Shown here: piece after piece, positions 22,462 through 35,236 of the stretch
Layout: each line of letters begins with the position of its first letter
Numbering within the stretch: position 1 is the stretch's first letter
Assembly: GCA_964016885.1 (NCBI GenBank)
Contig: OZ024742.1
Location: 203,608,001 to 203,672,000 of the forward strand
Length of the DNA stretch: 64,000 bases
Direction: 5' to 3'
Source of the DNA: Eledone cirrhosa
Taxonomy: Eukaryota
Made by a program: the position numbers and the translations under genes
Notes under the pieces: generated by a model
What the model was told of the DNA's origin: nothing
The model's database searches: none
Seen by the model: the letters and a program-made list of their open reading frames with translations, nothing else

Positions 22462-25400
22462 CAATACAGATTAGTTTTATAAATAAATATTGACATACCC
22501 TGAAAAAGAGACAACCTTAACGGTTGGAGCTTCCTGGATAGTGGAGATATTAGATTTATTGAGGGTGATATAAGGTTATGATTGAGTATGCAAATGAGTG
22601 TCTGAAAGGTTTAAATAACGGTGTATTTAAATTAAACAGAGAGTGATATTTTGATGGAGAGAGAAAAAAGAAAGAGAAAAAGAAGAACTGTTTATATATA
22701 TTTTGCCAGTGGAAAGAGTATAGACATACTATCAAATTATCATATTCCACCACTATGAATTTAGCGCAGAATATTAATAGAATTAATAATAGAAACTTAA
22801 AACCTAACCAAAATACCATTAATACCCCTAGCAATATCCAATATAATAGTACGCTCCTAGTAACTTAAATTTAGATAAATGTAACTGTAGAAATAAATCT
22901 AACTGTCCTCTAAATAATAACTGTTTAGTTAAAAACATAGTATACAATAGTAATGTAAAAACTAATGTAAACTCTTTTAATTATGTAGGCTCTACCTCCA
23001 CAGATTTTAAGTCACGTTTTAATAACCACAAATGCTCTTTTACTAATATTAGTAAAAAATCTTCAACTTCTCTATCTAATTTACTATGGGACCTAAAATC
23101 AAAGAACATTAACTATTCTTTACTTTGGAATATTATCTCCAAGCTCCTTCATACGATACTTTATCCGAAAATTGCGCTCTTTGTATAGAAGAAATATTCT
23201 TTATATTAAAAATTAAAAACTCTGTTAATTTAAGGAATAATTTATTCAGTTCTTGCAAACATCGGTTAAATTCAACTTTTAAATATATATATATAAAATG
23301 TAATATATAACTTATCTCTTTTACATAATGTCCTCTATAACATATTTTCCATTATCTCTACTTCACATATATTATTACAACACCTATCGTCCCAGTAATA
23401 CACTGGGATAATTGCTGGCCTTGTGCCAAAAGTAGAAACAATTATTATTACACCTATCAATAAATCATTAAATTGGAACTCCTTTAAAGAAAATTTTTTC
23501 TTGATAACATTTTTTCTTAACATTTTCTCTTTTTAAACTTACTGAAGGGTTTAAGAAAATTTTTTTGGAAATTCCTTTGAAGGGTATAGAAAAATTATAT
23601 TTTATATTTTATATTTTTATATTTTTATATTCTTATATATTTCAAAGGTTTAATATATATATATCCAAATGTTTATATGTATGCGATAAACATAGTGATT
23701 TTTTTTATGTATGTGTGGTATAACCTAGAATTTATGCCTTAAATATATTTTGTAAATATATTCTTATGAACATTTTTTATGCTTTATGTTTTAAATATAT
23801 TCTTATGAAAATGTTTTAAATGTTATAATTTTTAAATGTTATGACTTTATAACAAGTAAATTTATGAATTCATAAATTTATGACTTCGTATAAAATAACA
23901 TAAGGTTCATGTTCTAATTATATTCTAATTAAATATAACCTCTCCATATATTTTGCTCCTCTACTGTTGAGCGCTTTAAATTATAACTGACTAAAAATGG
24001 AATTCTTTAAGATCTCTTCTTCTCTAAAGGACATACCTTTACCTAGGAATAAAGACTTTCTAAAACAACTTATAGAAAAATCGGACTCGTTTATAAGAAG
24101 ACTCAAATGGCAAGCTTTTCATTTCGATAAAACTGATGTGAAACAGAATATTTCCAATCTTGATAGAATCTTCAAATCTAAAAAGAATCCACCTCCAACA
24201 AACTACTAATGGAATTTGAAAACGAGATTATCTCTATCATACAAAGTATTACATTTAAGAAAAACAACTTCGTAGGCCAGGATTACCTAAGAAATCTCAA
24301 AAGTAATATAAAAAGCTTTGAAAAAACGGAAAAAATTCTAGTCAAGTCAGATAAAGCCAATAATCTTTATGGAATGCAAAAAGATATTTACAACGATCTT
24401 ATACTGAAGGAACTAAGGAAGAAATACAAGAAAACAACCAGTGATGACCTTGAAAAACTAAATACGGAGGCTTCTTATATAATGCAGGAATTAGGCATCG
24501 AAAATAGGACTCAACCCTTCATGCCTAGGAAACCAAAAATTAATATGAAGGACCATAAAAGAAATTTTGAAATTGAATTACCATTGCACCATCTAAATCG
24601 GACCTTGGCATACTTAGCAAGAATATTTTAGACAGAATCATACCACAAATTAAGGAATTATCTTATTTAAAATTACGGAAAGGGACTAATGACGGAATCG
24701 ACTGGTTTCAGGACATTAAATATAACTATAACAATAAATTCATTCAATTGGATATTGCTAATTATTACTCATCCATCACTCCTAATCTACTTAATAAAGC
24801 CCTTACATATGCATTTAAACATACAGATATAACTAGTAATGAAATGCACATTATCTTAACTGCACGGAAAACATTAATTAATTTTAACAACCACCTCTGG
24901 ACTAGAGCAGACAGAGATAGTAATTTACCATAGTAAATTCTGTGCAGCAACGTATTTTTAGAATTTCAGCTAATAAGAATATTTTTGAAGATAAAGCACA
25001 ATATTATAACGAAGCGTTAGGTAGAGCAGGATATAGTAATAACATTAAACACATTGATAATAACGATGTGCCAACTAACCATAACTATAAAAACTATAAT
25101 AGAAAAACTTACAATAACTCGAAAACCAAAAGACGTAATAGAACTAGAAATATATTATGGTTCGCTCCCCCTTTCTCATTAAGTATTAAAACTCCTATCG
25201 CTAAATTATTCTTTAAAGCTCTAGATAAATGCTTTCCTAGAACACATAGATATTACTCAATATTTAATAGACATACTATCAAATTATCATATTCCGCCAC
25301 TATGAATTTAGCGCAGAATATTAATAGAATTAATAATAGAAACTTAAAACCTAACCAAAACACCATTAATACCCCTAGCAATATCCAATATAATAGTACG

Positions 25401-26344
25401 GCTTCAAGTAACTTAAATTTAGATAAATGTAACTGTAGAAATAAATCTAACTGTCCTCTAAATAATAACAATTGTAATGTAAAAACTAATGTAAACTCTT
25501 TTAATTATGTAGGCTCTACCTCCACAGATTTTAAGTCACGTTTTAATAACCACAAATGCTCTTTTACGAATATTAGTAAAAAATCTTCAACTTCTCTATA
25601 TAATTTACTATGGGACTTAAAATCAAAGAACATTAACTATTCTTTACTTTGGAATATTATCTCCAAAACTCCTTCATACAATACTTTATCCGAAAATTGC
25701 GCTCTTTGTATAGAAGAAATATTCTTTATATTAAAAATTAAAAACTCTGTTAATTTAAGGAATAATTTATTCAGTTCTTGCAAACATCGGTTAAATTCAA
25801 CTTTTAAATATATATATATAAAATATAATATATAACTTATCTCTTTTACATAATGTCCTCTATAACTTATTTTCCATTATCTCTACTTCACATATATAAT
25901 TATTACACCTATCGATAAATCATTAAATTCCTTTATATGACTGCTTGGAACGCCTTTAAAGAAAATATTTTCTTGATAAACTTACTGAAGGGTTTAAGAA
26001 AATTTTTTAAATGTTATAATTTTTAAATGTTATGACTTTATAACAAGTAAATTTATGTTTTACATGTTATAAATTTATAACAAGTAAATTTATGAATTTA
26101 TAAATTTATGACCTTGTATAAAATAACATAAGGTTCATTCTTAAGATAGAAAACTTAACTTTTTAACTTCTTAACCTTATAGCATTTAATCCTTAGAGTC
26201 ATCTGACTTATTAATAAATCACTAATAACTTCCTTTACGCTTTACTGCTATTATAATACAAATGAACTCTCGAAATTTCCATAAGTTTAGAATTATTTGG
26301 ATATTTTAAATTTTTAACTTACAATTTTTTTTTTTTTTAATAAT

Positions 26345-26541
26345 TAATAATTGTTTCTACTTTTGGCACAAGGCCAGCAAATACCCAGTGTATTACTGGT
26401 ACTTTATTTTATCGACCCCCATAAGGATGAAAGGCAAAGTTAACCTCGGCGGGATTTGAACTCAGAATGGCAATGGCCGTAACTCTATGCGTCAAAGCAT
26501 GGCGTCCGACCCTCTACCGATACTGCTAAGCCACCGCCCTT
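26345..26541 (-). mobile_element. tRNA-derived SINE, full length
   Basis: rc: ggcggtggcttagcagtatcggtaga (A box)...gagttcaaatccc (B box)...gcctttcatcctt..gggtcgataaaataaagtaccag...aaagtagaaacaattatta tail. Confidence 0.88.
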
Positions 26542-27191
26542 TTTAATAATTAATAATATATATATTTTATAATAATATGTATATTTTTTAATATATATAT
26601 ATATATATTTTTTTAAAATATATAATAGTTTTTAATATTTTTTTATTTTTTATTTTTTCATAATCTAACATACACATTTAAACTAATTATAAAATTATTA
26701 AATTACTAATTAAACATTTAATCAAATGTATTAATTAAACCTTTAATAACATTTTTTCAACCTATCATTATAAATAGCGTAGTCAAAACATAATGAATCC
26801 TGCTGTATTATTCATCCACGCTATATTCGTTTCTTCTCTTCTTCTTCTTTCCTCTCACGTAAATACACTTACGCTATATTTGTTCTTATAGCTAATATTT
26901 TCTCTCACTTAAATATAATCACGCTATACTCTTTCCACTGGCAAAATATATATAAACAGTTCTTCTTTTTCTCTTTCTTTGTTCTCTCTCCATCACAATA
27001 TCACTCTCTTCCAACGGTTTAATTTAAATATATCGTTATTTAAACCTTTCGGACACTCATTTACATACTCAATCATAACCTTATATCACTCTCAGTAAAT
27101 CTAATATCTCCACTCTCCAGGAAGCTCCAACCGTCAGGTTGTCTTTTTTTCAGGGTATGTCAATAATTATTTATAAAACTAATCTGTATTG

Positions 27192-27257
27192 TATTTTATC
27201 TGATGAAAGCGCACCATAATTTGCCTTGGTGGTCCTTGAAATATGTATTATAAAATA
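27192..27257 (+). ncRNA. Type I hammerhead ribozyme in pLTR
   Basis: tattttat-CTGATGA-aagcgcacca...tggtggtcctt-GAAA-tatgta-TT-ataaaata. Confidence 0.82.
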
Positions 27258-27550
27258 AATGTGGTTTTATTAATATAGTTTCCATTTGTTAATATATTGT
27301 ATATTTACTCCAATAAAATGTTGAGTGCTTTTTATTAGTTATAAAAATATTTTAAGCTTGTTGTATCCCAACAAATTAAATATAACCTCTGCATACATAT
27401 ATATATATATGTATATTTGTGGTATTTTTCTCTTGGTTGTAAGAGGCTTAGCTCTGTTTCTTGACCGCTGTATCACGTGATAAGTTCCCCCTCCGCCTTT
27501 CAGGATTCTATCTCGCGTCCTACGGACGTGTTTTGTAACTCTAGCTGAGG

Positions 27551-27646
27551 TATCCTCTTGATAAGTCGGCAAACCTCACGAAAATACTGCGTCTCTATGA
27601 TGTAATGTGTTTGCATAATAGCCACAAAACTACGTAGTCGAGGATA
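27551..27646 (+). ncRNA. Hammerhead variant (U3-A8, AAAA)
   Basis: tatcctc-TTGATAA-gtcggc...gccac-AAAA-ctacgtag-TC-gaggata; perfect 7-bp stem I. Confidence 0.62.
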
Positions 27647-28471
27647 ATGAAGGAATTATATCTTTTATTTATATTTAATGTTTCTTCTTTCTTTATAATG
27701 TATTATATATATATATATATATGCGTGTGTGTGTGTATGTGTGTGTGTGTGTGTGTGTGTGTAAATATATATGTTTATATATATATAAACAGCCACAACA
27801 ACCACCACCACCAACACCAAAACCAACAGTATGATCCCAATCATTACCCACTGCCCACCCCCAACATTTGTAAATCTGCCCAATATCTGCAAGGGTTGCC
27901 AGTGAAATATCGATCTACTCTTTTAGCTGAAATAGAATTTATCCGGAGGCTAAAATTCTTAATCAATAAATCTTACCCATTACTACTATGCACATACAAA
28001 CAAACACATATGCAGATAATTATACATATATTATACACATACATGCAGCTACATACACATGTACTTACATAGTGTATACAAATACATATACATAGGTACA
28101 CACATACATAAATACATACATACATATATATATAAACTGTATGTTATTACTCTGAGGTTTATTCCTTGTCGAGTGCTTGGCTCCACTGCTGAAAGCATTC
28201 GTTGGCTTGGCTGCTGATCGAACTTCGAATATGATGTACTATTGTATTACTATCTCCTAGACCTAATGTTATTTGATTAATTTAATTTGACAATTCCATT
28301 GATTGGTTAATTATTTAAGTTTGTTTAATAACGGTCTGGTTGAGTGCTTAATTCAGTTTGTGTATGGAATTCTTTCCATTGTCCATAATATTTGAATTGA
28401 CCGCCAGAAACCGGGGTTACCTCTCTTTGCAGTAACATGAGCTTCACACCTGGTTTGGGGTTAGAACGAAA

Positions 28472-28607
28472 GCCTGTTGAGAAAGTAAATTCCTCTGTTT
28501 GATCTTCCAGAAACCTAACTTGTATACACCACAAGCGGATCTTGTTGATTTCGGATTTACAGAAACCTCAAATGGATATTCAGTAATTTCCAAGTGACGC
28601 TCCAGGT
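28472..28607 (+). ncRNA. Extended hammerhead-like motif (U3-A8 core)
   Basis: gcctg-TTGAGAA-agtaaattcc...ggatttaca-GAAA-cc...-TC-caggt. Confidence 0.6.
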
Positions 28608-29044
28608 ATTTTATATATACAGATATATGCATATATGTATGTATGTATATTTTTATATGTATATATATGTATGTGTGTATGTGTGTGTGTGTGTATTTCC
28701 TTTTCTCACTAATCAGTTCTTTCGTTGCTACAGATCACGCGGCTAAATTAGCGGTCGCTATTTTCAATTTGCAAAGCAGTTTAAACTGTATGTTATTAAT
28801 CTGAGGTTTATTCCTTGTCGAGTGCTTGGCTCCACTGCTGAAGGCATTCGTTGGCTTGGCTGCTGATCGAACTTCGAATATGCTGTACTATTGTATATAT
28901 ATATATATATATATTATATGTATATATATGTGTGTATGTATATATACACATATATGCATAGATATCTACCTACATACATGTATACAGAGATACAAATACA
29001 CACTGTCCCTTAATTATTTGACTTACCAAATGAATGTGTCTATG

Positions 29045-29078
<34 letters not shown>

Positions 29079-29267
29079 TTACTCATACTCACACCTACAT
29101 GTATATATATATAACGAAGGAAGTGTGGTAAGGAACCAGATGGACCATAACGCACCAGAGTACTCAATACTTAGGGTAGTAGAGTGGGTAATGGGAAAAT
29201 GTTCAAGACCCCGACGGCAGAGCTGAAGCCGTTTCGACGGCTGTTTTTGGCTTCAGACTATTTCTGT

Positions 29268-29475
29268 ATCCTCAATAAATCTAATATCTCCACTATCCAG
29301 GAAGCTCCAACCGTTAAGGTTGTCTTTTTTTCAGGGTATGTCAATATTTATTTATAAAACTAATCTGTATTGTATTTTATCTGATGAAAGCGCACCATAA
29401 TTTGCCTTGGTGGCCCTTGAAATATATATAATAAAATAAATATGGTTTTATAAATATAGTTTCCATTTGTTAATG
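29268..29475 (+). mobile_element. Additional PLE pLTR copy with HHR (29373-29438)
   Basis: Matches 27090-27295; tattttat-CTGATGA...GAAA-tatata-TA-ataaaata. Confidence 0.87.
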
Positions 29476-29518
29476 TATATAAATATATATATAAATATAT
29501 AAATATATATATAAATAT

Positions 29519-29575
<57 letters not shown>

Positions 29576-29657
29576 ATATATATATATAAATATATATATA
29601 AATATATAAATATATATATGTATATAAATATATATATGTATATAAATATATATATAA

Positions 29658-29698
<41 letters not shown>

Positions 29699-29778
29699 TA
29701 TATATATACACATATATTTACACACATATATATATATATATATATTTTATATATATACATACATACATATCTATCTAT

Positions 29779-29903
29779 CTAAGGCGGGTAAAATTCCCGA
29801 GATCCATGGACGAGTTCTCTCCAGCGGTCTCTGTCCCTCATTATCGCTGCCATATCCTGCATCTCCAACAGACACTGGTCTGTTGGAGATGCAGGATATG
29901 GCA
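29779..29903 (-). mobile_element. Very short RTE 3' end (same family as 3844) ending in a 26-bp fold-back
   Basis: Matches 3844-3940; hairpin 29848-29903. Confidence 0.85.
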
Positions 29904-29939
29904 CATATATATATGTGTGGGTGTGTGTGTATGTGTGTG

Positions 29940-30098
29940 TACGAGAGTAGGCTGAAAAGTTCGTAGGCTGTCTATGAAGGAGTGATTCTAGGGCTGTGAA
30001 AACTTGCAGGCATTAATTTTCTTTCATCTTATTAATAACTTCATTGTTTCTTTCCAGGGACTATGTTGAAAAATAAACCTCATTTGGTCATTCCGAAC
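29940..30098. mobile_element. Mariner-type MITE fragment
   Basis: TACGAGAGTAGGCTGAAAAGTTC TIR-like start; homologous to 30830-31021. Confidence 0.6.
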
Positions 30099-30110
30099 AC
30101 ATATATATAG

Positions 30111-30222
<112 letters not shown>

Positions 30223-30581
30223 TATATACATATACTATAATGTGCATATTTATGAATCTTTGGGTGGCGAGTGCTGGTGGTAGTGGTGATGATTATAATA
30301 GTGTTGATGGTTACCATAGTAATGGAAGTGGTGGGTGTCATGATGGCTATAGGATAGATAGTGCCGATTAATCGAATGGTAAAGCAGTTCTCTTCGTATA
30401 CACAAGGTCTCGTATACAATCTCACTGCGCGGAATCTTGGCCAAGTTAGATTAACCATAGCCTCGGCTCGACTCGAGTCTTGTGAGGGAAATTGGGTAGA
30501 TTGGGGATGAAGATGTTTAGAAGGCCATCAACAGGTCTGTAGAAGTTCGAGGTACATTCAAGAATGTACCTCATTATTTAA

Positions 30582-30755
30582 GTATCAGTAGAGGGTCGGA
30601 CACCATGCTTTGCAGCACAGAGTTACGGCCCTTTGTGTTCTGAGTTCAAATCCCTCCTATGTTAACTTTGCCTTTCATCCTTACGAAGTCGATCAAATAA
30701 AGTACCAGTAATACACTGGAATAATTGCTGGCCTTGTGCCAAAAGTATAAACAGT
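30582..30755 (+). mobile_element. tRNA-derived SINE copy
   Basis: gtatcagtagagggtcggacaccatgc...gagttcaaatccc...gcctttcatcc...gtaccagtaatacactgg...gtgccaaaagta. Confidence 0.85.
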
Positions 30756-30829
30756 TAAAGGGCTAGTCATTGGGAATTACGTTAAGAGTACAGATATATA
30801 CAGAATACTCGGTCACTGGTATGTTATTA

Positions 30830-31021
30830 TCACGAGCTTGATGATACGTTGGTAAAATTGAAGGAATGACGCTAGAACTGAAATCTTGCATGTATTAATT
30901 TCAACTCTTCTTATTAATAAATGCATCGTTTTTTCCAGAGACTATGTTGGAAAATAAACCTCATTTAGTCAGTCCATGATAGTGTCTTGGTCATCCTATG
31001 AATTTGTAGCCAACCCTCGTA
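30830..31021. mobile_element. Mariner-type MITE, degenerate
   Basis: Ends ...tagccaaccctcgTA (rc TACGAGGGTTGGCT); internal homology to 29940-30098. Confidence 0.6.
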
Positions 31022-31082
31022 TATCAGTATAAATACGTACATACATGCATACATACATATATTCTTATATATATATATATAT

Positions 31083-32048
31083 ATAGTAGAATAATCGAGT
31101 ATCGAAAAATCGGCGCACGAGTTCACGATAAACAAAATTCGAGATGAGCGGCAGAGGGCTCCATAATTCAAATAAATCAGAGCTATAACTATCGTTAAAA
31201 TACCGTCACACGTAGAATATGTCTACAATCAACCAAACAACCGAAAAATTGCGATATGGAAGATTCGGGACACTCAGATAAATTATCAATAAATCAATAA
31301 ATCAAATGAATGTAAAAAGCATACCCGGACCCACTAGAGAGATGGTATATCTAGCTTCTTGGGTTTCTGTAAATCCTTAAACCGTCCTCTATCAGCTCAC
31401 ATAAAAATATAAGACTTACAGACGACGGGGGACTGGAGTTACTTCTTCAACGAGCTTTAGTCCGAACGGATGAAAAGACAAAACCCAGGCTGAAAATACG
31501 CACATGGATTTCAGCAAGGGAGATAACCTTTATATCCGCAAAAAATATTCGGGAAAATGTGGAATAACACATATCGAATAAGAGTGCTCAATAGACATGT
31601 TAAAATAAACAGGAGCTATTAATCATTTAATAGAATCGACAAAAAATGAACAATAAAATTAACTGGTCAATAGCTAGGTCTAGAGCTAAATATAGTAGAA
31701 TAATCGAGTATCGAAAAATCGGCGCACGAGTTCACGATAAACAAAATTCGAGATGAGCGGCAGAGGGCTCCATAATTCAAATAAATCAGAGCTATAACTA
31801 TCGTTAAAATACCGTCACACGTAGAATATGTCTACAATCAACCAAACAACCGAAAAATTGCGATATGGAAGATTCGGGACACTCAGATAAATTATCAATA
31901 AATCAATAAATCAAATGAATGTAAAAAGCATACCCGGACCCACTAGAGAGATGGTATATCTAGCTTCTTGGGTTTCTGTAAATCCTTAAACCGTCCTCTA
32001 TCAGCTCACATAAAAATATAAGACTTACAGACGACGGGGGACTGGAGT

Positions 32049-32052
<4 letters not shown>
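31083..32052 (-). mobile_element. Non-coding partial-tandem unit (~609 bp period) with extended HHR, between (TA)n tracts
   Basis: 31083-31443 apparently identical to 31692-32052. Confidence 0.85.
31324..31454 (-). ncRNA. Extended type I hammerhead ribozyme
   Basis: rc: ctcg-TTGAAGA-agtaactcc...ggatttaca-GAAA-ccc..ctaga..tctag.ggg-TC-cggg. Confidence 0.72.
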
Positions 32053-32086
<34 letters not shown>

Positions 32087-32199
32087 TTACATATATACAT
32101 ATATGATGGCTGCCCCCTAGTTATCGAGTATGGCCATTGCACAACATACCATTATTAATAATTATTAATTAATTCTATTGTGCAATGCCTGTGCGTGAA

Positions 32200-32675
32200 G
32201 ATATTTTTTAAAGTGAGGAAAGACTGTGCACTGAGCCAATCCCACTCTCTGAGCGACAGTAGCTATAACCCCAAAAGAAGAAAAGATCAACATCATCGGT
32301 AACTACAGAGTCGCAGGTTTTATATCAGAGTTATCCCAGTTTCTGAGTTGCCTTCTCCTAGAAGAATGCCATGACAAAAGCTAGGGGTCCTTCACTCCCA
32401 TATACAGACACATGCGCCCATGTATATACACATATACATATACATACATATGTACATGTGTATATACATATTTACACACTTTTGGATGGCCGTTGACTCT
32501 TATGAGTTCTTCCGCCCTTTGTAAGGTTTGGTTTTTTGTCCTGCAGGGTGTCCAAAATCACCCTCCTCATCAAGTAAACTTGGTGAGGTTGCCGGTTTAG
32601 TCGCCGACGACCCGACCATGCGACAGGTTGTACTAGGTTACATGTTACCAGTAGCACTCAAGAGTGACCCGACAT
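32200..32675 (-). mobile_element. Diverged RTE 5'-UTR-like fragments
   Basis: Homologous to 39310-39630 and 40240-40600. Confidence 0.65.
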
Positions 32676-32737
32676 AATACATACATACATACATACATAC
32701 ATACATACATACATACATACATACATACATACATAGA

Positions 32738-33062
32738 ATAGAAGGAGGACATCTACGGACCATTGATGAGGAGTTTGCAGATTCAATATCCAAGACACGC
32801 CTTCAGCATCATACCCATCATTATTGGAGCTACAGGTTATACACCAACCCGCTTGGGCCAAAGTATAACTGAACTTGAATTTGTGGACTAAGAACGCAGC
32901 TCCCTAATTCATAGACTACAAATAGCTACGATAACTGGGACCTTCAAAATTTGCAAAACATTCTTGCGATTCAAGGGATGGCAATTTCTTTTCTTTTAAA
33001 ACCTTGCCACCAGGAAGGTGGCCGGTCAAAAGTGTACTCGAAATTAAGAGAAAGAGAAAAAA
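32738..33062 (+). mobile_element. R4/Dong-like LINE 3' fragment in (CATA)n
   Basis: Matches 46888-47208 including 3' UTR accttgccaccaggaaggtggccggtc. Confidence 0.88.
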
Positions 33063-33149
33063 CATACATGCATACATACATACATACATACATACATACA
33101 TACATACATACATACATACATACATACATACATACATACATACATACAT

Positions 33150-33607
33150 TTATGCAGAACTGATGAGAAATCTGCAGATACTCCACCCTGATTACACCTT
33201 CAGATTTATGCCTCTGATTATTGGGGCACTGGGATATGTTAGTAACTGCCTCAATACAAATCTTGTGAAGCTAGGTTTCACAGGAACAGAAAGAACACAA
33301 CTAGTTAGGAAACTACAAGTACAATCCATTAATGGAACAGTAAAAATATGTAAAACATTACAAAAATGTTGCATCTAATAACTGCATATACACATGTACA
33401 GATACAAAGCATATACACATGCACACATACAACTCAAAACATACACATCCACACATACAATAACATCCATATCTACACATGCATGCATACATACATATCT
33501 ACCTAGTTGATGTTGTGTAAATTCCAATGAGAGGGTCTTGTGTCTATGTTAGAAACCGACTCTCTTCTTTATTGGTAAAACTTTGTGAAATTATAAAACC
33601 AGAAGAA
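33150..33607 (+). mobile_element. 3' end of a second R4/Dong-like family in (CATA)n
   Basis: YAELMRNLQILHPDYTFRFMPLIIGALG...GTVKICKT homologous to C-terminus of 38140-38898; different 3' UTR. Confidence 0.8.
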
Positions 33608-34416
33608 CATACATACATACATACATACATACATACATACATACATACATACATACATACATACATACATACATACGTGTGTGTGTGTGTGTGTGTGAGT
33701 GTCATAGAGAGAGGTGGGGCGGGGAAAAGATAGACAGAGAGAGTGTGTGTGTGTGAGAGTGAGAGAGTGGAGAAAATATTGAATTTATTGACAAATCTCT
33801 CGATAGATTACATTTCTTTTGCTGAATGATCTAAGACGAATCAGATTGATTTTCGATCGATACCAATAACTGCATAATCACTTATCAAAAGATAAAACGT
33901 GAATCACATGATCGGAACATAGTGAGAGAGATAGAGAAAGAAAAGTGAGAGAGAGTGGAGGAGAGAAAGAACCAGTAAGAGAGAGCAAGGGAGGAAGAGT
34001 GAGTGTGGGAGAGAGAGGGTGAGAGAGAGAGGGGCTGCTAGAGAGAAAGGGTGTGAGTGAGAGAGGGCGGGAGAAAAAAAAGGGCAAGAAAGAGAGATGG
34101 GCCTGAGAGAGAATATGAGAAAGGGGGAAAGAGAAAAGGCGAAGGGAGCGTAGAGTACGTACAGCATGATTTTTGAAGTTATAGTGTTGATTTTAGAGTT
34201 TTGTAGAATTACAGGGTTTTTGTAGAGTTATCGTAGAGTTTTGTAGAGTTTTGTAGAGTTTTTGTAGATTTATCGTAGAGTTTTGAAGAGTGTGAATGTC
34301 GAGTTTGTTGTTCTTGCTGTTATTGTTGTTTACTCTGAGATCATCTCTGATTGACCAAACCATATTTTCTTCAGACATAATGTATTTAGTACTATATCAA
34401 TTACCCTGCATGTATG

Positions 34417-34565
34417 GAAGAAGAAGAAGAAGAAGAAGAAGAAGAAGAAGAAGAAGAAGAAGAAGAAGAAGAAGAAGAAGAAGAAGAAGAAGAAGAAGAA
34501 GAAGAAGAAGAAGAAGAAGAAGAAGAAGAAGAAGAAGAAGAAGAAGAAGAAGAAGAAGAAGAAGA
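34417..34565. repeat. (GAA)n microsatellite
   Basis: direct reading. Confidence 0.98.
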
Positions 34566-34739
34566 ATGGCTTCTAATTTAGGCACAAAACAGTAATTTCT
34601 TTCCATCAACTGTCCATAACTTTCCTGGTGATTTACATAGTTACCAAAAGGTAGAATTCATTGGGATAGTTGCCAATGGTTTTTGTTTTATGTTGTATTT
34701 AAGTCTAGTCTAAGTTTCTAAAGTATGTCTCATGCTTAG

Positions 34740-34945
34740 AGGCTTGTCAGTCCAGTGATTATTCCGGTGTTGTGGCATGAAGTGACTGAGAGTACAAGAC
34801 ACCCTCTGGACATAATGCCAGTCTATCGCAGTCTTACGCCGAAACTTCCAGTAGTTGCTGGTACACATTTTCAGCTGAGTATGCTAGAGCAACGCGAAAT
34901 GAAGTGTTTTGCTCAAGAACACAACACACAATCCAGCCCGTTAAT
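34740..34945 (-). mobile_element. SINE-like fragment (second family)
   Basis: gctggtacacattttcagctgagt...gaagtgttttgctcaagaacacaac motif typical of metazoan SINE central domains. Confidence 0.55.
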
Positions 34946-35179
34946 CGTACCCATGGCAAATTTGTATTTGAGGGGAATGTTTAAAATAAGACCAACGGTA
35001 CAAGTCTGCAGTGTAGTTTTAAGTTGTAGAATCACAAACAAGATCATATTTGGAAGAAAAATAACAAGTATTGAAGTAATTGAAGTACACGATCCACTTG
35101 TAACTGGCGGGAAATTTCTAATGAAATAAATACACACACACACACACACACACTCACACACGCGGAGACACACACACAC

Positions 35180-35229
<50 letters not shown>

Positions 35230-35236
35230 GTGTGTG

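Larger units (their letters stand above)
22721..27390 (+). mobile_element. Penelope-like element (Naiad-like) with upstream partial tandem copy and internal RT deletion
   Basis: ORF pieces 23997-24209 (SLKDIPLP...FIRRLKWQAFHF), 24209-24631 (VKSDKANNLY, KDHK), 24748-24933, 24942-25835 (GIY-YIG); 22721-23910 directly repeats 25268-26137. Confidence 0.92.
20010..29105. repeat. Large inverted repeat: 20010-22723 vs 26925-29105, flanking a PLE
   Basis: Collinear reverse-complement match (mirrored ORFs 21074-21283+/28325-28534-, 20976-21164+/28444-28632-); 20200-20605 only in left arm. Confidence 0.93.

Noticed and set aside
26440-26541. tRNA gene
   Set aside because: A/B boxes belong to a SINE head; no cloverleaf, followed by SINE body and tail
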